The notes under the pieces were generated by a model. That model was not told the DNA's origin and made no database searches. It saw nothing but the letters and a program-made list of their open reading frames with translations. A stretch of 58,446 nucleotides of DNA from a virus. Position 1 is the first letter of the stretch. Each line of letters starts with the position of its first letter. Below are positions 7,409 to 15,286 of this stretch, one piece after another. Made by a program: the position numbers and the translations under genes. The DNA lies in IMG/VR virus record IMGVR_UViG_3300025597_000001, one strand, 5' to 3'.

Positions 7409-7665
7409 TATTTTGCGTTAAAAAACGTTAAATAAATAGTTAAACGTTGTTAAAACGCCATGCTACCAACACAAAAGAACTTATATTTTAGTACTTCAAA
7501 GATAGTAAATTATTCTATAAATTGTACTCTTGTACTCTATCTTTTATATATTCTTATATCGTCTTAACAGTTATTTACATGTGAGTAACGGAGCAAGTAA
7601 CTGACAAGGTAACTATGTAGAATAATAATCCAATAGAAAAAAATTATAAGCCGGCTAATCGTATT

Positions 7666-7830
7666 GATAAAATCTATAAATGATAATCTATATAGATAGT
7701 TTCTATTAATGAACGTGTATAGAAAAATACTATATATATTCTATTTATATAGCAAATTTGAATGTGATAACGGTGTAGTGGTATTATAGATAAAATCTAT
7801 ATGACAGATATTTCAATAGATAAAATCTAT
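7666..7830. repeat. Three copies of the 12-mer GATAAAATCTAT (iteron-like)
   Basis: Exact copies at 7666-7677, 7789-7800 and 7819-7830 in the 890-bp divergent intergenic region. A TGTACTCT tandem at 7523-7538 and related ctatatagatag motifs lie nearby. Confidence 0.7.
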
Positions 7831-8046
7831 CAAATATGTAAAGCCGTGCTTCTACTCATTTTTTTAAAAATCGGTATTTTGAAAAGTCGTTTATATTATT
7901 CTTATAATATAAAGTAAATCAAACTCCCATGTACAGCCATTTATAGCCACCATCCCCCCCCTTGTAATAATTAAACAGCAAGGGGCTATCAATCCTCCTC
8001 TAAATTTTTTTTATTTTATTTTCAGACCCAATTTTAACACACACAC

Positions 8047-8116
8047 GTACCATTTTCTCAATTTTTAGTACATATTATCACAATATGTACCATTTTTTCA
8101 ATTTTTGGTACATATT
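8047..8116. repeat. Two 30-nt direct repeats spaced 40 bp apart (operator- or origin-like)
   Basis: gtaccattttctcaatttttagtacatatt (8047-8076) and gtaccattttttcaatttttggtacatatt (8087-8116). Each is bounded by GTAC...GTAC. Confidence 0.75.
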
Positions 8117-8153
8117 CGGAATAATAATAGAACAGTAAAAAAATCAATAAAAA

Positions 8154-8185
8154 TTTGTAAAACAACAAAATTATCATTAAATTTG
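8154..8185 (+). promoter_or_regulatory. Bacteroidota-type promoter upstream of 8220..10085
   Basis: TTTG at 8154-8157, then about 20 nt, then TAAATTTG at 8178-8185. This matches the -33 TTTG and -7 TAnnTTTG consensus. Confidence 0.5.
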
Positions 8186-8219
8186 CGGTTTGACATAAAA
8201 TTTCAAACAAAAAATCAAC

Positions 8220-10085
8220 ATGGAAAGAGAAAATTACGACAGTCTGATTGATGAGGTATTCGGTTTAATCAACAAAGAAGAGTTATCAAAAGCAATCAAA
8301 TCTAAAAGGTCGTCAATAAGAGTTGATGGCGTACAGGACTTAATACGAACTGCGATAATAGAATCGTCTATAAGCAAGTATAAAGGGTTACTACACTTCT
8401 TCAATGGAAAGATATATGAACCATTAAGTTATGATGAATTTTCCAATCTTATATACGACTTAATGAAGCGTTGCGGATTACCATTGGGAGATTACTCAAG
8501 ATTTCACAGTGTAATTGAATTATGTCTAAGGGCAACGTCTAACAAACAACTAAAAATAGAACAAGAGCTTGTTGTGTTTAATGATTGTGTACTTGATACA
8601 AGAAGAATGATTAAGCATAAATTTGACAAATCACTTGTACAATTGTCTTCGGTTGGATACAAATATGATGATATGGCAATAGCTCCACAGTGGAACGTTT
8701 TTTTAGAGGTTATACTTCCCAATAGAAAAGACAGAACTTTGCTTCAAGAGGCATTAGGATGTCTTTTACTTAACAGAAGTAAGACTGAATATTCCGTATT
8801 TTTATCCGGAGCAGGAACAATATCCAAAGAAATTATATTTGATACGATGAAGAGCTTATTTGGAGAAGGGAGTATAGGAGAAATTCCAGTAGGATTACTT
8901 CTAACCGGAGCTGGAAGGAAAAAGAACATAGCACTAATAGATGGTTTAAGAGCAAATTTCAGTAGAGATACGGTATCATCTGACATAACGAGGAATGAAG
9001 ATTCATTTAAGTCTCTTATAAGCGGAGAACCATTAGAGGCAAAACAACCATTAGGAGAAAGTTTTATAGCTAAAAACATTCCTATTCAGTTTATAAGTCT
9101 TATAGAGATGCCGGTAATGCAAAGCATGAACGATGGATTAAAAAGTAGAATTGTGATAATTGACTTTAAGAATGATGCGTCGATAGAAAGAAACTCAAAA
9201 CAACTATCAGGAATCTTTAAGGATGAGTATTCTGGTATATTTAACTGGGTATTGGAAGGAAAGAACAGATATATAAAGAACGGATATGAATTTAGTGATA
9301 GAGGTTATATAGAGTCCAAAATAGAGGAGCATCAAGGAATAGGAAACTCTGTTTTAAAATTCATGTATATAAACAAATACTACAAGAAAAACAAGAATAT
9401 TACAGATACCATACCAAGATGGATAAACTCCATACACCTGTACAACTCTTATAAGAAATGGTGTTTAGACAACGAAATAACACCTGAAACAATGAATAAC
9501 TTTGGAGGAATACTAAGAAAAGATGGTTATCAAAAGAGACATGGGACGAATGGTAATCAATATGCCATATACGGAACAACCATTAAAGAAAACGTTCATT
9601 CAGAGACTGTCATATTAAGAAAAAAAAGAGTAAACGAGGACAATTTAATCCCATACATGATTGATGGGAGGGAATACATAAACACACAAGCAGGAATAAG
9701 CAAGCAAACAGGAGTAAGCACATCTCAAATATCCATTTACAGGAAGGCTGGTTTATTAACAGACTGTTATCACATGGATGGATACACGTTGGTATTTGAC
9801 ATAGCCAAGACTAAGATGAGGCTGAAACAAATAGGAAAATATATGACAGAAGAGCAGACTGAGGCAATAAAGCAAAAAATGAAAGAAGAGGCAAAAAAGA
9901 GAGGATTATTTAATGCTGAAATGAAAAAGAACAACTCAAAGGCAAGAATTTACAAATCTCCAGAAGACGAAATGCTTATTAAGATAAGAAACTCCATTCA
10001 AAGAGAAGAAAGGAAGCTATTATCGCAAGAAGTAAAGAAACTTGAGAAACAATATGACAAACTTAGAGACAAAACAAAAAAATAA
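8220..10085 (+). CDS. P4/D5-family primase-helicase C-terminal domain protein (replication initiator) with degenerate Walker A
   Basis: 621 aa. The layout FNGKIYEPL...APQWNVFLEVILP...LLQEALGCLL...VFLSGAGTISKE...LISGEPLEA...SRIVIIDF follows the P4-family primase C-terminal/SF3 pattern. An HTH-like GISKQTGVSTSQISIYRKAG lies near the C-terminus. Confidence 0.6.
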   Translation: MERENYDSLIDEVFGLINKEELSKAIKSKRSSIRVDGVQDLIRTAIIESSISKYKGLLHFFNGKIYEPLSYDEFSNLIYDLMKRCGLPLGDYSRFHSVIELCLRATSNKQLKIEQELVVFNDCVLDTRRMIKHKFDKSLVQLSSVGYKYDDMAIAPQWNVFLEVILPNRKDRTLLQEALGCLLLNRSKTEYSVFLSGAGTISKEIIFDTMKSLFGEGSIGEIPVGLLLTGAGRKKNIALIDGLRANFSRDTVSSDITRNEDSFKSLISGEPLEAKQPLGESFIAKNIPIQFISLIEMPVMQSMNDGLKSRIVIIDFKNDASIERNSKQLSGIFKDEYSGIFNWVLEGKNRYIKNGYEFSDRGYIESKIEEHQGIGNSVLKFMYINKYYKKNKNITDTIPRWINSIHLYNSYKKWCLDNEITPETMNNFGGILRKDGYQKRHGTNGNQYAIYGTTIKENVHSETVILRKKRVNEDNLIPYMIDGREYINTQAGISKQTGVSTSQISIYRKAGLLTDCYHMDGYTLVFDIAKTKMRLKQIGKYMTEEQTEAIKQKMKEEAKKRGLFNAEMKKNNSKARIYKSPEDEMLIKIRNSIQREERKLLSQEVKKLEKQYDKLRDKTKK

Positions 10086-10157
10086 CAAGTAGAAAACACA
10101 AACAAAATCAGGCTCTATTTAGCCGTTTATTTAACGTGTATTGATAGTTTACACAAA

Positions 10158-10177
10158 AGTTGATAAATATATCAACT
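10158..10177. repeat. Palindrome AGTTGATAAATATATCAACT (intergenic cassette, copy A)
   Basis: Perfect 8-bp arms. Related copies lie at 12269-12286 and 12822-12839, and flanking ...ACACG...TTTATTTAA blocks are also shared. Confidence 0.6.
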
Positions 10178-10260
10178 AAGATAAAAAAGTGTCTTAAAAA
10201 CGCTTAAAATAAGTCGCAATAGTTTACACCTTAGAAATTTCATAAATAACATGATTTTTA

Positions 10261-11025
10261 CTACTCAATAAAGTTATCATTTAGTTCAATATCTAAAGTT
10301 CTGTACCGTTTTACTGGTTGTTCCGCTGCGGTCAAAGACATTTTTTTGATTATCTCATCATTCCACGATTTGTTATTCAGGTAAGTTTCTGGGTTTTTTC
10401 GATAGCTCTTATCTGGTTGTGCTTTCTTGTATTCAGATATATGTGCTTTTATCTTTAACTTATCCGCATTTGATATTTTACTCCACTTAACTTTAAGTTT
10501 TGTTTTATCACCAACTTTTTTGTCATAGTCATTCCAAAATTCATCAAAAGAATAAACCTCATTTGAACGATATAGATTATTAGAATAAGAATCTATATTC
10601 TTATCATTCTTATCATTCTTGTTTATGTCCGTCTGATGTCCGTCTGTTGTATCGTCTGTTGTATCATCACCTTGATATGTTTTGTAATTACATATTGATA
10701 TTAAAGTAGTTACGCTCGATTTCTGTTGTATCAACATGCCGTCCGTTTCGAGCTGTTTTATGAAACGTGTTGTTTTGCCTCTCGACCATCCCCATCGTCT
10801 TGAAAGAATCTCTTTAGAATACCCCACCTGACCACGTGCAACATCGACCTTATTACCCCTGATATAGAAAAAGTTATTTGTGTGATTTGCCAACAAAATA
10901 AGGTCTATCCATGCCTGTGTTCTTGTGAATGGTTCGGAGAAGTACATCGGGTTATCCATTATCTTTCGATGAAGTTTAATCCAACCACCGTCTTGTTCTT
11001 TAATTATAGACTTTTTTGCTCTCAT
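10261..11025 (-). CDS. DnaD/Rep-like winged-helix replication protein
   Basis: 254 aa. GWIKLHRKIMDNPMY...AWIDLILLANH...VDVARGQVGYSKEILSRRWGWSRGKTTRFIKQLETDGMLI is typical of phage replication/DnaD-like N-terminal domains. Internal DDTTDDTTD and KNDKNDKN are encoded by short tandem DNA repeats (10597-10665). Confidence 0.6.
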   Translation of the reverse strand: MRAKKSIIKEQDGGWIKLHRKIMDNPMYFSEPFTRTQAWIDLILLANHTNNFFYIRGNKVDVARGQVGYSKEILSRRWGWSRGKTTRFIKQLETDGMLIQQKSSVTTLISICNYKTYQGDDTTDDTTDGHQTDINKNDKNDKNIDSYSNNLYRSNEVYSFDEFWNDYDKKVGDKTKLKVKWSKISNADKLKIKAHISEYKKAQPDKSYRKNPETYLNNKSWNDEIIKKMSLTAAEQPVKRYRTLDIELNDNFIE

Positions 11026-11667
11026 TTATAATAAATTTAGCTGTCGTTGATGATTAATAAGCCTGTTTTTACCAGCCTCGTAGTAGTCTTCGTCCAGTTC
11101 TATTGCGGTTAACTCGAATCCCATATCGTGGCATGCTATGCCTATAGAAAGACTGCCAAAGTGTGTATCCAAAATTGTGTCGCCTTCTTTGGCATAGTTT
11201 TTAAGTATCCACTTATACAGTGCTACTGGCTTTTGGGTTATGTGTATCCTTTTTTCACTTGTATTTCTTACATGTCTAAATATTTTAGCATTTCTATCAA
11301 AAGAAGTCCACGCAAATTCACAATCAGCCATCGTGTCCATTAAAGCAACCTTATCCCATATTAAAAATCCTCTTGTTGGTGGTAATTGTGCATAATTTCC
11401 TCCCCAAATAATTTGATTTTTACTAACCCGAAATAATTCATCAAAATATTCTTTAGTTGGTAAAATATCCCAATAAGAATCGCTTCTTTTATATTTACTT
11501 GCCCACGTTCCACCTTGAGTTAATTTGTCCCCCAACCCATAAGGAATATCAACTATGGCTAAATCGTAGTATTTATCTGGTGTTTGCCTAAGCAAATCCA
11601 TGCAATCGCCGTTGTAAAGATGAATCTTGCCTGAATGATATTCGTTTTTAAATCCTATGTACTCCAT
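11026..11667 (-). CDS. DNA methyltransferase (N6-A/N4-C, beta-class order)
   Basis: 213 aa with IVDIPYG (motif IV), HITQKPVALYKWIL, and LDTHFGSLSIGIA (weak motif I) at the C-terminus. Confidence 0.75.
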   Translation of the reverse strand: MEYIGFKNEYHSGKIHLYNGDCMDLLRQTPDKYYDLAIVDIPYGLGDKLTQGGTWASKYKRSDSYWDILPTKEYFDELFRVSKNQIIWGGNYAQLPPTRGFLIWDKVALMDTMADCEFAWTSFDRNAKIFRHVRNTSEKRIHITQKPVALYKWILKNYAKEGDTILDTHFGSLSIGIACHDMGFELTAIELDEDYYEAGKNRLINHQRQLNLL

Positions 11668-11713
11668 TTTGTTTTAATTTTCATATTAAAAACTTGTTTG
11701 CTACCTTAAATTT

Positions 11714-11827
11714 TGATGTCCGTCTGCTGTACTATCTGTTATATCACCATGTCTACAATCAAAACAATTACTAATTGATATTTAACAGATTACAATCAAT
11801 TTCTGTTGTATCATCTGATGACCGTTT
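11714..11827 (-). pseudogene. Non-coding remnant homologous to the middle of the Rep gene (10634..10747)
   Basis: An ungapped by-eye alignment gives 75 of 114 identical positions, including tgatgtccgtctg and atttctgttgtatca. The Rep frame here contains several stops. Confidence 0.6.
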
Positions 11828-11952
11828 TTGTGATTACCGTGTGTTTCTTTTTATTTTGCTTATATCCCATCCACGCTAAAGCGATGAATTGGTTTTACGC
11901 AAAACTCATAAACTAAAGATTTATTGGATTTCTTGCTAATTTTCACTTTAAA

Positions 11953-11984
11953 TACGACAAAAACAACAGGCTAAAAACCTGTTG
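11953..11984 (-). terminator. Intrinsic terminator after small ORF 12022..12198
   Basis: The minus strand reads caacagg-tttttag-cctgttg followed by tttttgtcg. Confidence 0.55.
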
Positions 11985-12021
11985 CAATGTGCATGAAATA
12001 GTGTTTTTGTTAAATATCATT

Positions 12022-12198
12022 TCAGGCACGCAAATTCCGCTTTACCTTTAAATCTCCAGTAAAGATATTCTCAATTAAAACTATCTTATCGTTTCTATAA
12101 ATCAGGTTGTTCTTTGTTCTAATCTTTTCTTTTAAAGAATACTTCTTGACAATGTAATTCTTAATTTCGTTAATTTCAATCAATGCTTCGTTGTTCAT
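12022..12198 (-). CDS. Small hypothetical protein (58 aa)
   Basis: Hand-translated MNNEALIEINEIKNYIVKKYSLKEKIRTKNNLIYRNDKIVLIENIFTGDLKVKRNLRA, followed by a terminator. It is below the track cutoff. Confidence 0.45.
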   Translation of the reverse strand: MNNEALIEINEIKNYIVKKYSLKEKIRTKNNLIYRNDKIVLIENIFTGDLKVKRNLRA

Positions 12199-12268
12199 AT
12201 TTGTTTGTTTTTTAATTTTTATTAATTTGAATTATTTCAGTGTGTTTTAAGGCGTTATTTTTTTAAAG

Positions 12269-12286
12269 CTGATAAATAGTTCAACT
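12269..12286. repeat. Degenerate copy B of the GTTGATAAA...TCAAC palindrome cassette
   Basis: gctgataaatagttcaac. The flanks (ttttaaggc..., ...acacgcttttatttta) align with copy C. Confidence 0.45.
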
Positions 12287-12406
12287 TTTGTAAAAAATAA
12301 ATCTACACGCTTTTATTTTAATCTTGGTGGCCTTATTTACATATATAATGCTATCTTATTAAAACACTACTCGATTTCTTCTTTATTTTGTTCTCTTTTT
12401 GAATGC

Positions 12407-12739
12407 CTAAAATACTCGTCTGAATAATCTGTCATATTCCATCTCAAGGATAAAATTAAGCCTCATTTGATACTCGATAAAGTCTCTCAAGTCTTCTCCA
12501 TTCTCCAAGATTCCAACCAGTGCCATTCTTGTTCCTAAAAAGTTTGCTTTTGGATAGTTGTACGGTCGCTTTACATTCGTTAAAATGTAATTTCTACGTC
12601 TGTATGGAAATATAGAATACTGATTCATTTTGTCTTCAACTTCTTTCTCATTAAGAACAAAGTTTTTGTATTTGTTCCTTTCACTTCCGTTCAATCTTGT
12701 TAGTGTGTTGTTAATCACATCAATTCTTGTCTGTTTCAT
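12407..12739 (-). CDS. Hypothetical protein with a frameshifted paralogue at 53054..53415
   Basis: 110-aa ORF. The blocks NEKEVEDK...IFPY and ANFLGTRMALVGILENGEDLRDFIEYQMRL recur at 53.1-53.4 kb. Confidence 0.6.
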   Translation of the reverse strand: MKQTRIDVINNTLTRLNGSERNKYKNFVLNEKEVEDKMNQYSIFPYRRRNYILTNVKRPYNYPKANFLGTRMALVGILENGEDLRDFIEYQMRLNFILEMEYDRLFRRVF

Positions 12740-12821
12740 TTTTGTTTTTGTTTTAAATTGTTATTTTAATCCTGATTATTTTGAGCCATTTTAAGGCTTT
12801 CTAAGCGATTATTCTTGTTTG

Positions 12822-12839
12822 GTTGATAAAGACATCAAC
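12822..12839. repeat. Copy C of the GTTGATAAA-N-ATCAAC palindrome cassette
   Basis: gttgataaagacatcaac, followed by the hairpin ccacgc-N12-gcgtgg (12858-12881). Confidence 0.5.
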
Positions 12840-12887
12840 TTTGATGAGATAATTCAACCACGCCAATTTATTTAAGCGTGGAGGCGT

Positions 12888-13568
12888 TTATTCAGGCAGC
12901 CACATATAGCTTCTTAACGAACCGTACCTGTATTTTGTGTAAATATCGAGTAAATCCGATCCTCTTAACTCGAACCAATCATCAAGTCTTCGCTTATCGG
13001 CGTATTTTAAATGCAACTCATTAACAACATCCATATCTATCGATAACAATAACGACAATTGGTTGTTGTCCGAAGACAAAGATAGTAAAGTTTGTTGAAT
13101 GTCGAGCGATTTGCCAATTTTTACAAGGCCTGAATTACGATCTTTAATCAGATATGTCTTATATTCGTATAAAATGCGCAAAACATCTCCGATATCGTTG
13201 TGTTCTCCGAATATCTGTCCGTTAGTTGTTTGTTCGTTTATAAGCTTCATCATGTCAAACCTGAACATAGGATTAAGCCAAGCCAAAAACTCCAAGAACA
13301 GATACGGGTGCATCCAAACTTGTCCGTATTTGCCTTTTTCTATCTCTATTACCTTAAATTTCTCCTCCCAACAGTAGTTGTTTGAGGCAAACTCCAAAAT
13401 ATGGATGTACTCTTTGGTAGATTGTGCTTTAAGAAAGTGCTCCAAGTGCTTCTCTTTGTTGTCTTCATTAAACTGTCTCAAAAGATCGGTGGCGTTAAAC
13501 ATGCTGTCTTTGGTTCTTTGGATAACGTAGTAGTTACCCATTTTGATTGTAATTTGATTTGTTTTCAT
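12888..13568 (-). CDS. KilA-N domain / T5orf172 (GIY-YIG-like) domain protein
   Basis: 226 aa. The N-terminus (VIQRTKDSMFNATDLLRQF...EHFLKAQSTKEY) is KilA-N-like. The C-terminus (YLIKDRNSGLVKIGKS...LHLKYADKRRLDDWFEL) is T5orf172-like. Confidence 0.6.
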   Translation of the reverse strand: MKTNQITIKMGNYYVIQRTKDSMFNATDLLRQFNEDNKEKHLEHFLKAQSTKEYIHILEFASNNYCWEEKFKVIEIEKGKYGQVWMHPYLFLEFLAWLNPMFRFDMMKLINEQTTNGQIFGEHNDIGDVLRILYEYKTYLIKDRNSGLVKIGKSLDIQQTLLSLSSDNNQLSLLLSIDMDVVNELHLKYADKRRLDDWFELRGSDLLDIYTKYRYGSLRSYMWLPE

Positions 13569-13571
13569 TGT

Positions 13572-14519
13572 TTAGAATAAATTTAATTGTGATATTAATG
13601 CTTTTAATCGTTTCTCTGCAATTTTGCAGTATTCCTCACTCATTTCGCTTCCTATGTATTTACGTCCAAGTCTTAATGCTGACTCTGCCGTAGTACCTGT
13701 TCCCATAAACGGGTCATAAATTATTCCCCCTTCTGGACATCCTGCTAAAATCGGTTTTGAAATTAAGCTTTCATTATAGGTGGCGTAGTGTTTTAATGAA
13801 CTTGGTCTTATTGGAATATCCCAAAAATCTGAAACAGAACCCGGATTTTTTCCATTTGGATTATTCCATTCTCTTGTTCCTCCTCCAATACCAAGTTCAC
13901 TACCATAAGATTCTGCTCTTTTATTTCTAACATTTGACTTAGTAACTGTTTTATCTCTTATGGCGTCTAAGTCAAAATAGTATTTCTCGTTTTTTACAAA
14001 GAAAAATACATATTCATGTTTCTTGCTAAATCTATCGGTAACAGATTCTGGCATTGCATTAATCTTAGCCCAAATAATGTCATTCCTTAAAATCCATCCT
14101 CTATCGATACATCCAATAGCAAACCGATGAGGAATAAGACATAATGATTTGTTTTTTATATTTTGCTGAATTTGCTTTCTAATATCACTATTATGAACGC
14201 TATCGTCTAAAAATGGATTGCGGTTTGATGTTGTATTCCCATTATACGTATCTCCCAAATTTATCCACACAGTACCTTCTTTTTTTAATTTTGGATAAAT
14301 AGCATCCATGAGAGACCAAAGATGCTCCAAATATTCTTGATATGTTGTCTCTAATCCCCATTGTCCTTCGTAGCCGTAATCTCTAAGTTGCCAATATGGA
14401 GGGCTTGTTATTACGCAGTCCAAGAAGTTGTTTGGCATCCTTGATACCGTATCCAAGCACGGCTCGCAATATATTTTATTTGTCTCAATGTTTTGCTGCA
14501 TCTGTTTATTTATTTTCAT
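13572..14519 (-). CDS. DNA methyltransferase (SPPY type, N4-C or N6-A, beta-class)
   Basis: 315 aa with VITSPPYW (motif IV) and IYDPFMGTGTTAESA (motif I) at the C-terminus. Confidence 0.8.
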   Translation of the reverse strand: MKINKQMQQNIETNKIYCEPCLDTVSRMPNNFLDCVITSPPYWQLRDYGYEGQWGLETTYQEYLEHLWSLMDAIYPKLKKEGTVWINLGDTYNGNTTSNRNPFLDDSVHNSDIRKQIQQNIKNKSLCLIPHRFAIGCIDRGWILRNDIIWAKINAMPESVTDRFSKKHEYVFFFVKNEKYYFDLDAIRDKTVTKSNVRNKRAESYGSELGIGGGTREWNNPNGKNPGSVSDFWDIPIRPSSLKHYATYNESLISKPILAGCPEGGIIYDPFMGTGTTAESALRLGRKYIGSEMSEEYCKIAEKRLKALISQLNLF

Positions 14520-14555
14520 TTGTTTTGATTATTGCTTATTCGTGAAATCATCTAC

Positions 14556-14648
14556 TTATGTTACTCTCGTAATGTGTGTAGTATGCAATGAGACCAACAA
14601 AATAGTCAAGACAACAAGAGACGCAGCAAGATTAATTAATTCTTTCAT
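14556..14648 (-). CDS. Possible 30-aa hydrophobic peptide
   Basis: Hand-translated MKELINLAASLVVLTILLVSLHTTHITRVT. It lies directly upstream of the methylase gene on the same strand. Very short and speculative. Confidence 0.2.
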   Translation of the reverse strand: MKELINLAASLVVLTILLVSLHTTHITRVT

Positions 14649-14759
14649 TTTGTTTTAATTTAATTTTTGTCAAAGATAATGGGTTCTATTTTATAAACCA
14701 AATTTTTAGTGTTAAATAATCTTAAAATGTTATTTTAATTATTTTAATGAACAGTATAG

Positions 14760-15050
14760 CGAGCCAAATACCCCGAATGTTATGGGGTTTCCAAACAAAG
14801 GATATTTTAAGAAAAACACCATTTTTGTTTGGCAGTGTGTTGAGCATTTGTCCTCCGAACCACATTTCGTGGTATAAGTGGTCAGTTCATTCCACTTAGT
14901 TTTAACTCGTCCGCTCTAAAACTCATTCGGTTGGTAGTTGCAGGCCGGCAGGGCTACCATTTACGCCTTAGATCGTCGTCTCTCACACACGTTTTTGCCG
15001 AATACACGGCCGTTTCAATTTATAGCTCCCTGAAACTGGTATAAAGAGGG
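14760..15050. ncRNA. Candidate structured RNA (unknown class) in an ORF-free, GC-enriched island
   Basis: No ORF of 60 aa or more on the gene-bearing strand. Nested helices: cccc/gggg 14771-14787; ccaaacaaa/tttgtttgg 14791-14832. A ccgaa/ttcgg stem (14855/14926) encloses three hairpins (14860-72, 14877-96, 14898-923). ggtag/ctacc lies at 14933-58. Confidence 0.35.
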
Positions 15051-15053
15051 TGT

Positions 15054-15105
15054 AAAAAAATAACAGCCGATTAGTTTATTCGGGGTTTAACTATAGTCGG
15101 CTGTT
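15054..15105 (-). terminator. Hairpin plus T7 tract on the minus strand
   Basis: aacagccga/tcggctgtt forms a 9-bp stem (15062-70 / 15097-105) with a large 26-nt loop. On the minus strand it is followed by attttttta (A-run 15054-15060 on plus). Confidence 0.4.
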
Positions 15106-15286
15106 AAGTATTCTCACGAATGAGAATTATATCTTTATGTTAAACCCCTAAAATATTAGCAAACTTAAAAACAAGTTTTAGTATTTCCAAATAAAATCAC
15201 AACTTTTTTCTCTATTTTGTGAAATTTAGAATAATTCTAAATAACAACCAAACATAACAATTTGTGTTATATGTACTTACATTAAA

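Noticed and set aside
7666-7830. Possible CRISPR array suggested by the repeated GATAAAATCTAT
   Set aside because: There are only three 12-nt copies with irregular spacing (111 nt and 18 nt between copies). They lack repeat length and spacer regularity, and no cas genes are present. They are better explained as iterons or operators.
11806-11840. Hammerhead ribozyme core suggested by CTGATGA at about 11808
   Set aside because: No downstream GAAA core element or flanking helices I/III can be formed. The string lies inside the decayed Rep-gene copy and is explained by that homology.
14855-14930. tRNA gene, because of a cloverleaf-like three-hairpin junction
   Set aside because: The loops are the wrong sizes (10- and 12-nt loops where 7-nt anticodon and T loops are expected). 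There is no GTTCRANNC T-loop, the closing stem is only 5 bp, and there is no CCA-proximal discriminator context. I found no tRNA anywhere in the window by eye.
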